The position numbers and the translations under genes are program-made. This document shows, one piece after another, positions 6,007-15,712 of a stretch of DNA of 64,000 bases. The notes below the pieces were generated by a model, which had not been told where the DNA came from, did no database searches, and worked only from the letters and a program-made list of their open reading frames with translations. This stretch comes from Clostridia bacterium (GTDB lineage Bacteria > Bacillota > Clostridia > Oscillospirales > CAG-272). Numbering within the stretch: the first letter of the stretch is position 1; each line of letters opens with the position of its first letter. Where the stretch lies: NCBI GenBank assembly GCA_024405755.1, contig JAKSOD010000001.1, positions 8,752 through 72,751 on the forward strand, in the 5' to 3' direction.

Positions 6007-7437
6007 CTAATTTTTGCCGTAGTTTTCGGATTTGAGTTGTATAAGCTGAATATCTTTGACATATAACTCTGTGAGTATATGTTGGTCGGTATCTATAAAG
6101 ATAGACTCAGGATCGGGTTCGTTGTCAAGATCAGAAATCCAATCATCAAGAACACCTGTGAAGATTTCTCCGTCTTTCATCGTAATTTCGACGCGCTTAT
6201 CTTCAAGTGCATCGAAACATTCACTCATATCAATGATATGGATGGCGTCGCCTTTAAGTTTATAAAGGGCATCATATTGTTTTTTGATCTGACCTGCGAT
6301 TGCAATAAAACTATCAATGCCAAACGGTTCGTTAAAATAATGCGTCATTACTTCCGCAATAACCGAAGCAATCTGATAAATGTCATATTCCGGCTTTAAC
6401 TTGGACGCTATGAGTCGGGACTCGCCGTTGTATTCGTCTTTGGGCGCACCCATTTCAAGCAGCCCTACGCAGTCAATGCTGTCTATTGCGGCTTTAACGA
6501 TACTGAAAACTGATGGCTCAGTATTCAGTACTTCTCCGAGTATTTCGGTATTAAGTCTTTGCATCTCTGCCAAATCGGAATATGGGGGATCTGGTTCAAC
6601 TTTGCAGATAATTGATTTTATCTTTTCAAGCTCCATTGGGAGATCTACTTCATCAAGACTTTCAATGTTTGCAACTCGGACTTTCTTTTGATCGCCGTTA
6701 TTTCCGACCGGAACCATAACCATATCTCCGATATGGATAGTCTTATCATCGGTTTGGTAATAATACTGCTTGCCGCCGTACTCAAACTCGCAGCTACACA
6801 ACCTTATAGCTGAATATGATACCTCGTTAAATACATAGAGTTCCGGCATTTCAAGCATTTCCCGAAGATCATCGGAATATTTATCAAGCCATTTATCTCC
6901 TTCGGTTAAGTAACCGGAGGTACGATACTTCTTGTTCAGTTCGTTGACGATTTCGATGTCCCAAGAACCGACATCGGTTATCATCGTCAAATCAATCAAT
7001 ACAGACAAATGAGTGTTTACATTGTTGAGCCAAGCTACCGCTTTTTCGGGAGGTATGCTTTTTTGCAGTCTGCGTAATGTCTTTCCCTCATAGTTTTTCA
7101 GGGTTATATAGACCTTTCCCGTAGCTGACACAGTGATCTTTTGGATACGTTCTTCATCGGGCTCCGGGCAGGGGCCGTAGCATATACCGTTTGAGTCAAG
7201 AGTGATTTTCTTTGGAACACCGTCTGAAAGCGGTAGTGCGCCAGTCTTAGCGGCATCCTGATACGCAGAAATAACGGAATTAACCATTTCGGGATATACA
7301 TACGAGCGAATTATTTCTGAGATATGATACATCTGTGCCGTTGTCAAACCGTGCTTTTCGCACTCTTTCCAAAGCTCAAGCGTTTTTTCAAATTGAGTTT
7401 CCGTCAATGTATATCCCTCCTTATTTTGAAAATCCAA
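6007..7437 (-). CDS. Hypothetical multidomain protein (island operon gene F)
   Basis: 476 aa. Its stop abuts the gene E region (7437/7438). Contains a 'YYYQTDDKTIHIGDMVMVPVGNNGDQKKVRVANI' module, 'LLEMGAPKDEYNGE' (DUF1871-like, from memory) and a C-terminal 'VEITMKDGEIFTGVLDDW' Sm-like stretch. Confidence 0.75.
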   Translation of the reverse strand: MDFQNKEGYTLTETQFEKTLELWKECEKHGLTTAQMYHISEIIRSYVYPEMVNSVISAYQDAAKTGALPLSDGVPKKITLDSNGICYGPCPEPDEERIQKITVSATGKVYITLKNYEGKTLRRLQKSIPPEKAVAWLNNVNTHLSVLIDLTMITDVGSWDIEIVNELNKKYRTSGYLTEGDKWLDKYSDDLREMLEMPELYVFNEVSYSAIRLCSCEFEYGGKQYYYQTDDKTIHIGDMVMVPVGNNGDQKKVRVANIESLDEVDLPMELEKIKSIICKVEPDPPYSDLAEMQRLNTEILGEVLNTEPSVFSIVKAAIDSIDCVGLLEMGAPKDEYNGESRLIASKLKPEYDIYQIASVIAEVMTHYFNEPFGIDSFIAIAGQIKKQYDALYKLKGDAIHIIDMSECFDALEDKRVEITMKDGEIFTGVLDDWISDLDNEPDPESIFIDTDQHILTELYVKDIQLIQLKSENYGKN

Positions 7438-8154
7438 TTATCCAATAATGTCTAAAAGTGCCTTGATAAATAGCGTTGCTTTTTCCGAAAAATCTTCGTA
7501 AACATCGCTGGTCATCTTTTGGCTCTTGGGAGCAAACATTAGTTTGACCTTTTTTTCATTTTTCGTGTCATATACCGTCAAAGAAAAATCTTCGACAACA
7601 TCATATACTTTTGCTGCGGAAGCGGCAATATATCCCAAGAAAGAACCGCCTGCCAATCCAATCAATAATGCTTTCTCTACTTGTGATCCATCAACTTTTG
7701 TATCATTTTTTGACTCTACGAAAACAGTGCTTGCAGCATTAAGAATATAGTAAAGTGTGACACCAAGATGACTTATCGCAATCATAAATTTACCAGTGAT
7801 TTGGCTTGCCGGATAAAGCGTCATTTGTATATTAAAATAATTATAAGATGCTATCGGATTTTCTGGGATTGAGTATTTTTTACGTTCTTCATCGAGCTTG
7901 TTAATCCGGTTATTACCTGAATAGACATAGCTTATTAGTCTTTCATGAAAATCAAAGTCTTCTATTCCGTTTAAGAAAGCATCAAAATACACATAATCTT
8001 TACGCATCAAGCCACTCACACAGTTTTGACAAATAGTTTTCGGTGGCATGCCTTCAAACTCTTTACACTTTAATACTCCGCTATTAGGAATCTTTACGTT
8101 GAATATGCTTTTAGCAAATTCCGTTTTGCATATAGGACAAATAAGTTTAGACAT
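7438..8154 (-). CDS. Hypothetical protein with an N-terminal CxxC...CxxC zinc-ribbon-like motif (gene E)
   Basis: MSKLICPICKTEF...KTICQNCVSG. A Gly/Ala-rich hydrophobic segment LIGLAGGSFLGYIAASAA lies near the C-terminal third. Confidence 0.7.
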   Translation of the reverse strand: MSKLICPICKTEFAKSIFNVKIPNSGVLKCKEFEGMPPKTICQNCVSGLMRKDYVYFDAFLNGIEDFDFHERLISYVYSGNNRINKLDEERKKYSIPENPIASYNYFNIQMTLYPASQITGKFMIAISHLGVTLYYILNAASTVFVESKNDTKVDGSQVEKALLIGLAGGSFLGYIAASAAKVYDVVEDFSLTVYDTKNEKKVKLMFAPKSQKMTSDVYEDFSEKATLFIKALLDIIG

Positions 8155-8168
8155 ATCACTACTTCCTT

Positions 8169-9269
8169 TTATTTCAACGGTTTAAGTTGGTTTTTCAAAT
8201 TTTCAATTTTTGAAATTGTATCGGCATAAACCGTAAATGCCTCTACAACCTCTGCATCGTTTTCAAAGGTCGGTCTCATGGCAAATTTCTTATGGATCAT
8301 AAAGACCTTTTCAACCTCTGCAAAGCGAATGGTAATCTGATTGACATTCTGCTTTACGATAATGCCGTCACCGTAGTTCTTATGATTTACCTCAACATTA
8401 AGCAAAGAAATCTCTTTATACGGCTCTATACTCAGTTCCAAATCTCTGATCTCTTTTTCAAGTTCTTCGATTTTCTTTTGACGCTCCGCTGCTTCCTGCT
8501 CCCGAAGTTGTTCTAACTTGTAGGACTTAATGCTTTCTTGCTTTGAGATGTGCGTTAGTCCATCGAAAAGATTATATCCACGACAGCAGTACAAAAAGTC
8601 GAAGGCGAGCAGATGTAAGCTCTCATCCGGATAAAAGTCCCCACTGTATATCAACTCGTGATACTTGTCGATCAAAGTCGGGTGTTCTTTCAGTGCTTCA
8701 ACGATCATGTCGCAAAGGGCATAATAGTTCTTTAATTTGAAGTCTTCACCGGCACCGATGTCCATGCCGAACTCAATGTTCTTTGCAAATTCTTCAGCTT
8801 CACTATATCGGTAGATGTAGTTGTGTTCCGGATCAATGAATGTCATGTAGCAAGATGCGGCATGACGGTCTTGCTTATACTTATAAAAGCGAGGAAATGC
8901 TTTCTGACGGAGTTTCTCTATTTCATCGAGGAATGTGTCCAAATGCTTTTGCTTCAAATCAATGTCGCCGTCATCCGGTGCAAACAATACCTCACGGAAA
9001 AGTCTTTCGACCTCTTCGGGGTATTCCTCAGCCAATTTAACAATTCCGTTTGTGGGTGACACCTGCGCATTGTCGATCATATTGGAACATTCTTTTTTTG
9101 CCTCTTTGAACAGAGAGGAAAAATCCGCCGGTTTATTATCTGAGAACCAAACAGAACGAAATTGCTGTACGGCTCTCCATTTGAATACTTCGTTATGCTC
9201 CGAATCATTAAACAAAGCATAATTGCTTTCGTATCTATTGATAAGTTCATGAAGATTATTTGTGTTCAT
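8169..9269 (-). CDS. Hypothetical protein: helical N-domain, coiled coil, and a small beta domain (gene D)
   Basis: 366 aa. 'EVFKWRAVQQF' N-terminal motif. 'LREQEAAERQKKIEELEKEIRDLE' coiled coil. C-terminal 'VNHKNYGDGIIVKQNVNQITIRFAEVEKVF' resembles the small Tudor/UvrD-C-like beta module. Confidence 0.75.
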   Translation of the reverse strand: MNTNNLHELINRYESNYALFNDSEHNEVFKWRAVQQFRSVWFSDNKPADFSSLFKEAKKECSNMIDNAQVSPTNGIVKLAEEYPEEVERLFREVLFAPDDGDIDLKQKHLDTFLDEIEKLRQKAFPRFYKYKQDRHAASCYMTFIDPEHNYIYRYSEAEEFAKNIEFGMDIGAGEDFKLKNYYALCDMIVEALKEHPTLIDKYHELIYSGDFYPDESLHLLAFDFLYCCRGYNLFDGLTHISKQESIKSYKLEQLREQEAAERQKKIEELEKEIRDLELSIEPYKEISLLNVEVNHKNYGDGIIVKQNVNQITIRFAEVEKVFMIHKKFAMRPTFENDAEVVEAFTVYADTISKIENLKNQLKPLK

Positions 9270-9570
9270 CGCTGAAACCTCCCATCCAGTAGTCTTTCAT
9301 TTTTTGGAGAAATTCTTTGGTAATAGGAAACCCAGAACTTTCTCCGATAATTGAATCCGTTCCGCAATAAGGGCATTTTGCCGTGCCATATCTATCACAC
9401 GGATTGTCATCCTCAAGCCACTCGGTTATTTCTTTCGGATCAAAAATGGTCAAGCAGTCGAAGCAGCCACACTTCTTGTCGTGTTGCAATGCTTCTTTAT
9501 GGTTATTGCTATAACGATGCGCAACCACATAATCCGGTTCTTCTTTTCTTGTTTGAGACACGAGAATCAC
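9256..9570 (-). CDS. Small Cys-rich (putative zinc-binding) protein (gene C)
   Basis: 'CGCFDCLTIFDPKEITEWL...TAKCPYCGTDSIIG' carries two CxxC pairs. Overlaps gene D by 14 nt and gene B by 4 nt. Confidence 0.7.
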   Translation of the reverse strand: MILVSQTRKEEPDYVVAHRYSNNHKEALQHDKKCGCFDCLTIFDPKEITEWLEDDNPCDRYGTAKCPYCGTDSIIGESSGFPITKEFLQKMKDYWMGGFSDEHK

Positions 9571-10121
9571 TCCTCATCCATTAACATCATTTCTTCAAGC
9601 CAGTCATCAATTTTGCGGTTTTCGTCATCCTTCAGCCGTTTCTGAGCTTCGTATGGAATATCACCGTAATCTGCAACCGGATAGTTTTCTATAACTACTA
9701 ACTTTTTGTTTCGCCGCAGCAACATTTCTTTGGTAAGATCACGCTCTCTCTGACAAGTGATATACCGCTCCGAGCCGTGCCTTGTTTTGATAGTTGCGAC
9801 TGAAATGTCATACGGCGGGTACTTTGATGTTTCAATTAGATTGTTGTGCGTTTTAACCTTGCCTTCGCTGAGCAATCCTGCTTCCTGAATAATACCTTTC
9901 GTATTAACAAGAGGATAAGGGACATCTTTTGCCTTGAACTGCTGTTTGCCGGCAATGGTTCCGATCTTCCACTTGCCGTTATTTGAGATGGGAACGATAA
10001 CCTTTGTGCCGATACGATGAAATGCAGAATTGGAGCGATACCAATATGTTTTCTCATCATCAAACTTTACAAGATAATAGTTGTATCGCTTCTCGAAAAG
10101 CATCTCATCACATCCTCTCAT
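9567..10121 (-). CDS. Hypothetical protein (gene B)
   Basis: The ATG at 10121 overlaps the gene A stop (ATGA). An alternative ATG at 10103 has a GAGAGGA RBS. 'YYLVKFDDEKTYWYRSNSAFHRIGTKVIVPISNNGKWKIGTI' repeats the module seen in gene F. Confidence 0.7.
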   Translation of the reverse strand: MRGCDEMLFEKRYNYYLVKFDDEKTYWYRSNSAFHRIGTKVIVPISNNGKWKIGTIAGKQQFKAKDVPYPLVNTKGIIQEAGLLSEGKVKTHNNLIETSKYPPYDISVATIKTRHGSERYITCQRERDLTKEMLLRRNKKLVVIENYPVADYGDIPYEAQKRLKDDENRKIDDWLEEMMLMDEE

Positions 10122-11485
10122 TTATGGTGTTCGTTATAGTAATCTTCTGCGTCGTAGTAGTCGAAGAAGTCATCATAATGGTCATAGTAGAAGTCTTCTT
10201 CGTTGGAATAATCGTTTACATCGTAAGGATCATCGTCGCTCTTTGATTTCGTGTTTTTCTTCGGAGTGTATGGAACAACCGGATCGCTTCTGTGATCCCA
10301 CACTTCTGTGACTCGACCTTTAACGCAACGTGCGGTAAATATCGTTTTGTTACCGGACTTAAAATCATACAAATTGGCAATATATCTTTCGCCGTTAATC
10401 ATTTCGGAATTATGGCGCACATTGCTTGAAGGAGCGCCCAAAGAAGTGTTTTTGATTTCACTTTCGGACATTCCAACATAAGGCACTCCGTATGTAATGC
10501 GGTCACGATATGCCTTTGCATCAGCTTCGGACTTTTCTTTAAGATATACGTCGTATTCCGCTTTCAGCGTTTTTACAAAGTCATTTACGACTTTATCTTG
10601 CTCGGAAGAAAGATAGGAAAAACGCACCTTATTCATATCATAATAGGCGCTTGAAATATATCCTCGTTCGTAGTCAATATGTGCTTCGCAAAGCAATATA
10701 TAGGCCGACGTATCATGATAGTTCTTTTCTTCAATTTCCTCGAATAACTCTTTTGCCTCTTTGTAGGAGCCGATGTCAACGAGCGACACCGCTTTATCGT
10801 AAGCATTTGCGAGTTTTGAGGTATTCACTGCCGATATTGTAATTAGTCCTGCGATAACCGCACCAAAGATGCAAGCGGTGATAATCCCACTATTACGCTT
10901 TTTCTTGCGAATAGCAGAGAGTTCTTCTTCCGAAAGAAGTTTCAGATAATTTTCTTTCAAATCATGCAGCTTGTTGCATTCTTCGCTTATCAGCTTAATG
11001 ACGGTACTCCATATAATTCCGAGAACAACAAGTCCGCCGCCAAAAAACAGCAAAAATACGAACCAGTAAGCAGTATTCTTATCATCATAAGATTCAACCG
11101 TTGCCCACATTACCAAGCCGGGAATAAGTGAGATAACAAGACCGATGATTATTGAAATAGCAATACTGAATCTCGATGCGTTTCTAAGATTAGGATAATT
11201 CTCTTTGGTTAGCTTCGACGGAACACTAACGGTTGGTATTGTAGAGGGCGATGACTTGACAACGGGTGCTGCTTTAGGGACAGTGTGATATGTTGGAACA
11301 ATATCAGACTCTATATCTTCGATGTCGTCATCATCAAGATCGTCATCATCGGGATCGTCATCAAGTTCTTCGTTGGTTGTTTCTTCAAAGATTTTATAAG
11401 CGATATATTCTTCGTCAAGGGAGGTCTTTCCATCACCGTCAAGGTCGAATAATCCTCCTAAAAAATCGTCATTCTTACTGCTCAT
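10118..11485 (-). CDS. Membrane protein with an N-terminal EF-hand-like loop, three TM segments and an acidic/Tyr-rich tail (gene A)
   Basis: Start MSSKNDD at 11485 with an AAGGTGGTGA RBS. 'DLDGDGKTSLDEE' is a canonical DxDxDGxxxxxE loop. TM segments around residues 110-170 and 205-225. C-terminal 'EEDFYYDHYDDFFDYYDAEDYY'. Confidence 0.75.
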   Translation of the reverse strand: MSSKNDDFLGGLFDLDGDGKTSLDEEYIAYKIFEETTNEELDDDPDDDDLDDDDIEDIESDIVPTYHTVPKAAPVVKSSPSTIPTVSVPSKLTKENYPNLRNASRFSIAISIIIGLVISLIPGLVMWATVESYDDKNTAYWFVFLLFFGGGLVVLGIIWSTVIKLISEECNKLHDLKENYLKLLSEEELSAIRKKKRNSGIITACIFGAVIAGLITISAVNTSKLANAYDKAVSLVDIGSYKEAKELFEEIEEKNYHDTSAYILLCEAHIDYERGYISSAYYDMNKVRFSYLSSEQDKVVNDFVKTLKAEYDVYLKEKSEADAKAYRDRITYGVPYVGMSESEIKNTSLGAPSSNVRHNSEMINGERYIANLYDFKSGNKTIFTARCVKGRVTEVWDHRSDPVVPYTPKKNTKSKSDDDPYDVNDYSNEEDFYYDHYDDFFDYYDAEDYYNEHHK

Positions 11486-11549
11486 ACAAATCACCACCTT
11501 ACTTATGACAGTATAAGTATAACATCACATGTGTACTATATAACGGACT

Positions 11550-12071
11550 TCATTCTGATTCATTTGCGATGTTGATGATTTTTTTGCCTTGCTTTTCAGC
11601 GTATTTGACCGTCTGATAAGCACCGCCGTTTTCATGGTCGATGTAGCAAATCACAAGATCGGCACGGTCAACCATGTATCGGTTCCTTATTTGAATGGCA
11701 CTTTTGAAATGGGCACGACTGGATTCTTCGCAAATTTCAATTTCATCATAGTATTAATAAAAGTTGTCTTCATTTTTTTCGTATTCTGCTTTCGGATAAG
11801 GAAGAACCCAAATCAACGAACTGTTATCATCACGAACTGCACGTTTCATTCGCTTAACAGTAGATGATACAATTTGATCGAACTCGCCATCTCTGCCAAC
11901 GAGGAAGTCAACATATTCATAGTTGATCAGCAAATCTTTGATATATTTCTCAACGCCAGACTCGGCTTGAGAAAAAAGGTCAATATACCGATGCCCGAAG
12001 AACGCTACTGTAAAAATATCCACTATGTTGCATAAGGTCATCAGATTGTTGGTTTTCAAGTTCAATCTCAT
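11550..12071 (-). pseudogene. SLOG-superfamily DUF1273 (YpsA-like) gene interrupted by an in-frame TAA
   Basis: 'VAFFGHRYID...VDFLVGRDGEFDQIV...LIWVLPYP' then TAA at 11754-11756. The same frame continues 'YYDEIEICEES..IQIRNRYMVDRADLVICYIDHENGGAYQTVKYAEKQGKKIINI' to the TGA at 11550-11552. Confidence 0.65.
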
Positions 12072-12086
12072 TTTGCATAAGTTACC

Positions 12087-14516
12087 TCACTTTATCTTAG
12101 CAAGTACATCCTCAAACTTGGCGTAGTTTACCTTCACACCATCATCGAGATCAATGCGAATCATTTGGTCGGCAAGGTGGTGGATTTTTTCTTCGTAAAC
12201 ACGGATTTCGTTTGCTTGATCCTGTAATTTTTGGAGTTGCTTATTGAGTTTTACACGATCACCAGTGGATGCAGAATTGATGCGCTGTTCCAAATCCGCA
12301 ATTGCAGTACGGTAACGGCTCTGCTGTTCGTGAACATAGTCGGTACGCATACGGGCAATGGTATCCGGCTGATAACGATGCATATAAATCAGTGCCTTGA
12401 AGCCATTTTTCTTGCCACTGTCGAAGAGCCAATAAATCGGGCGCTTCTGATAAATCTTTAGATGGTCAGAATAGAAATCATTCAAGAAATAGTTGCGGAT
12501 AACATCACGAGGAGAACCTTTACCGCCAAGTGCATCTGCAATAAACCTGAGATTTTCTTCTAATGTCTGGGGACCATAAACGATTTCAACCCATTTGATA
12601 AAGCGTCCAGTGATGTCATCATCAAAATAATCATCGTCGCAGATTGGGATGATATTGTCCTTGTCTGCCGGGAAAGAAAGATATTTTGATGTATCCCAAT
12701 CTCCTCCTGCATAGGCAAGACCTTCGCAGTCAAGGGAATAACGTCCAAACATACAGCCAACAGCATAGGAAATCAAACTACGAATATCGCGCACAAGATC
12801 AGCTTTGCGAACGGTTACATTTTTATCATCGACATCAGCTATTACTTCATTTTGCAAACCGTATATATCAATAAAGATTCTGTTAAGTTCTTCTTCATTA
12901 GATTTGAGTTGTTGAAATCTGCGTTCAGTTGTTGCACACCACATCATATAGGCTGACTGAATGCTTGTTTCAGGATTTTCTTTTTCACAATGATGGAATT
13001 GCTTTGTATAAAGACAATTCTTTACAAGTGGATGACATTTGAAATCCCATGATGTTTCAAATGAATCCCAATCTTCTTTTGAAATTGCTATACATGAGTC
13101 GACAAGTCTTTCAATTACAGTTCTGCGATCTTTATCGATTATTACGGGCATAGATTTTATTGTGCCGACCTCATAATTCATTGTTTGACTCAGAGTTCGG
13201 ATTAAAACTTGCATAATGCTTGAATTACAAAGAGCCAAAAGATAAAGCAGATCAGTGTTAGAAAAAATTGAGCAGCCAGCAACATCGAAAGCAGAGCCAA
13301 CAGGTACATATCTCATGGATAAACCGCCACTGGTAACTTTTGACCAAGTGATTGACTCTTTGAAATATAGTTCTCTTGAAGGTAAATGGTTGCCAACGGT
13401 AAGAAGATAATCATAAGATGGTTTATCAAACTTGATTAGATATTCAATGTTTCCATACCATTTTCTAAAACTTCCACCTTTATTATACGGAATATACCTT
13501 TTTCCTCCATCTTTATGAAGATCTTCAAGGCTTTGACTGTGCAATGACACTTGATTAAAGTCAACTTCCGACCATAGTCTTAACATTTTGTTGTTGTCTC
13601 CTGTTGCAAGTCCTTGTCTTGGTTTTGCAACAGAATCAATTACTGGATTGTTTGCAAATATCTCAATAATATGGTCACTAATCCAATAAGCAAATGGACT
13701 CCCAGCAATTTCATGAAATACATCTTGTTTTGTGTTGTATTGCGAAGTATGTTTGAGAAACAATTCTTCTTTTCCTGTTTGGGTTGTTGGCTCGATTAGC
13801 CATGAATACACACCAGTAATATTCTTTATGAATTGTTTTCTGATGACAAAACTTGTGGTTTGAACAACTTCTCCTCCAATTTCTTCAAAAGCATGTGCGC
13901 CGAGATGCGCCATATTTACTACATTATCATGTAAAAGTTTTGAACGCAGTTGCTCAAAACTTGATAAGAACATCCACGAATGTTGTGTGATCATTGCTTG
14001 AAAATAGCTACGATTTGTTAATGAATTACATTTTTCAATGAAGCACGCATATAAATCCGCTTTGCTGTCAGCATAATACTTTTTGACAAAGTTCAGAAGT
14101 TTAGCACTCATTCCTGACGATCCCATATATGGCGGATTCGTCACAACAGCATGATATTTTTGAACTAAGGCTTCTGCAACGTTTATTATCTCTTGCAAAC
14201 GGGCAGATGCTTCTTGCTCACCATGAATATCTAATGTAATCTGACCTTCGGAAACACAACGAGGAACAGCAAATCTTCTGAGCAAATCCCAATCACACGG
14301 GGTAATATTCAAAATTGAGCCGTATTCTTTGGCATCGTTCATTTCGTCGATCAAGCGGATGGTTTGCTTTACCGCTTCGTCATATTCTTCTTCCGTCAGT
14401 TCCAAACCCATATCATGAAGCGGTGCGGTTGTAATACCGTTGCTTTCGACGATAGAATACACATGGGGCTGAATATTGCGACTGAAAATACGGCGGTCAT
14501 ACTGTCTTGCTTTCAT
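12087..14516 (-). pseudogene. pglX: PglX-type (BREX-1 family) N6-adenine DNA methyltransferase, 5'-truncated
   Basis: 'VVTNPPYMGSSGM' (motif IV) and the C-terminal 'RPIYWLFDSGKKNGFKALIYMHRY...DDGVKVNYAKFEDVLAKI' are typical of PglX. Only ~140 aa precede NPPY from MKARQYDRR, and no FxGxG/'DPACGSG' motif I is present. Sequence upstream of 14516 is unrelated. Confidence 0.7.
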
Positions 14517-14583
14517 CCGTATATCTGCTGAGAATATCCAGTATTGCCGGCAGCAACATCCTCTTTGGTGCATTTGCATACAT
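14497..14583 (-). pseudogene. 28-codon remnant resembling the N-terminus of a WYL/BrxR-type HTH regulator
   Basis: A perfect AGGAGG RBS (14591-96) precedes MYANAPKRMLLPAILDILSRYTDESKTV*. The pattern K..LL..L.IL..YTDE matches N-termini of clostridial WYL regulators (from memory). It overlaps the truncated pglX ATG. Confidence 0.3.
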
Positions 14584-14747
14584 AAGCGATCCTCCTGTGC
14601 AAGTCCTTGAACTGTATATATTATAACAACTGCTATGAGTAAAATATGTCCCATAGTTATTGTAGCATATCTTTCTCAAATATTCAAGATTGTACGAATG
14701 ATTTGCTGAACAAGTATTATGTATCCTGTTGCTTTCGCAATGAGCAT

Positions 14748-14793
14748 AAAATAAGAAAAGATGCCACCCGAACATTTCTGTCCGAGTGGCATC
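14748..14793 (-). terminator. Rho-independent terminator after the CHAP fragment
   Basis: GATGCCAC(14760-67)..GTGGCATC(14786-93). The minus-strand reading is followed by TTTTCTTATTTT. Confidence 0.75.
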
Positions 14794-14797
14794 CGTT

Positions 14798-15349
14798 TTA
14801 ATACGCCGGTATTCCGAATCCGAGTATTTCATAGTGTCCTATTGCATACTGTCTTTCAGCACAACTGTCGCTTGTATTTCCCTCAACGGTGTAGATTTTT
14901 CCGTTCTCGACTTTCTCAACGATGCCTACATGATCTGCAAGTCCGTCTTGCGGACCGGAGGAACCTTTGTTATTCCAATCGAAAAAGATTATGTCTCCGG
15001 GATTTGGAGTATAGGAATTATCCTGCCATTCGCTTCTGTCCTTGAACCACTGAACGCCGTTACAGCATCCGGCAAACTTCGGAATAACTCCCACATCAAT
15101 ATATCCGGCTTCATGAGCGCACCATGAAACAAAACAAGCACACCATTCTACACGAGAATTAAAGCCATACCAACGCCAGTATGGTTCGCCGCCGACATTG
15201 CCGATCTGCGTCAATGCAACGGCAACAATGGTATCATTACCGACTGAGAATCCGTATAATACCTGACTCCATATTTTTTGCTTATCCTCAGAAAGCAATT
15301 CTGCAAGTTCTTCCTTTTGAGAAGCATTGAACCCATAGCTGTTCGCCAT
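14798..15349 (-). pseudogene. CHAP-domain peptidoglycan hydrolase of conjugative-element type, N-terminally truncated
   Basis: 'MANSYGFNASQKEELAELLSED..' followed by 'WCACFVSWCAHEAGY...GDIIFFDW...ADHVGIVEKVENGKIYTVEGN' (CHAP Cys/His). ICE homologues are much longer. Its 5' end overlaps the ParA fragment out of frame. Confidence 0.65.
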
Positions 15350-15350
15350 T

Positions 15351-15701
15351 TCATCCACCGTTACCGAGCGTATCGCGCATACTCTGAACAATGGATTTAT
15401 CATTGTTCGTGCGGAAATCCACCATCGTGAACAGAATACCGTCGATCTTTAAGCCCGGATTGATGCTTCGCTGAACCTTTCGGTAAGAATGAAGCAAAAG
15501 GTCAAGACCTTTCGTGGAAAGAATACGGGGCTGAGACGGAACAATAATACTGTCTGCGGCAACAAAAGCATTGATAGGTAAGATACCGAGCGAAGGTGTA
15601 CAGTCGATAAGAATATAATCGTAATTCTTTCTGACCTGATCCACATACGCTTGCGTACCGCTGTTCGGCTCGCTTAACAGATAACGTATCTGTTGGTTTG
15701 T
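15351..15701 (-). pseudogene. ParA/Soj-family ATPase fragment lacking the Walker A N-terminus and the C-terminal end
   Basis: 'NYDYILIDCTPSLGILPINAFVAADSIIVPSQPRILSTKGLDLLL..INPGLKIDGILFTMVDFRTN' is the middle of a ParA. There is no KGGxGK(T/S). The frame opens only after the TAA at 15702-04. Confidence 0.7.
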
Positions 15702-15712
15702 TTATTCAGTTT

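Noticed and set aside
12087-14654. A complete BREX system
   Set aside because: Only a PglX-like ORF is present, and it lacks its N-terminal third. There are no BrxA/B/C, PglZ or BrxL-like ORFs anywhere in the window. The downstream genes do not resemble an alkaline-phosphatase-fold PglZ or a Lon-like BrxL.
14497-14832. The 111-aa ORF as a real gene
   Set aside because: It runs through the terminator of the CHAP fragment and the pglX truncation junction. Only its last 28 codons, which have their own RBS, look like real (remnant) coding sequence.
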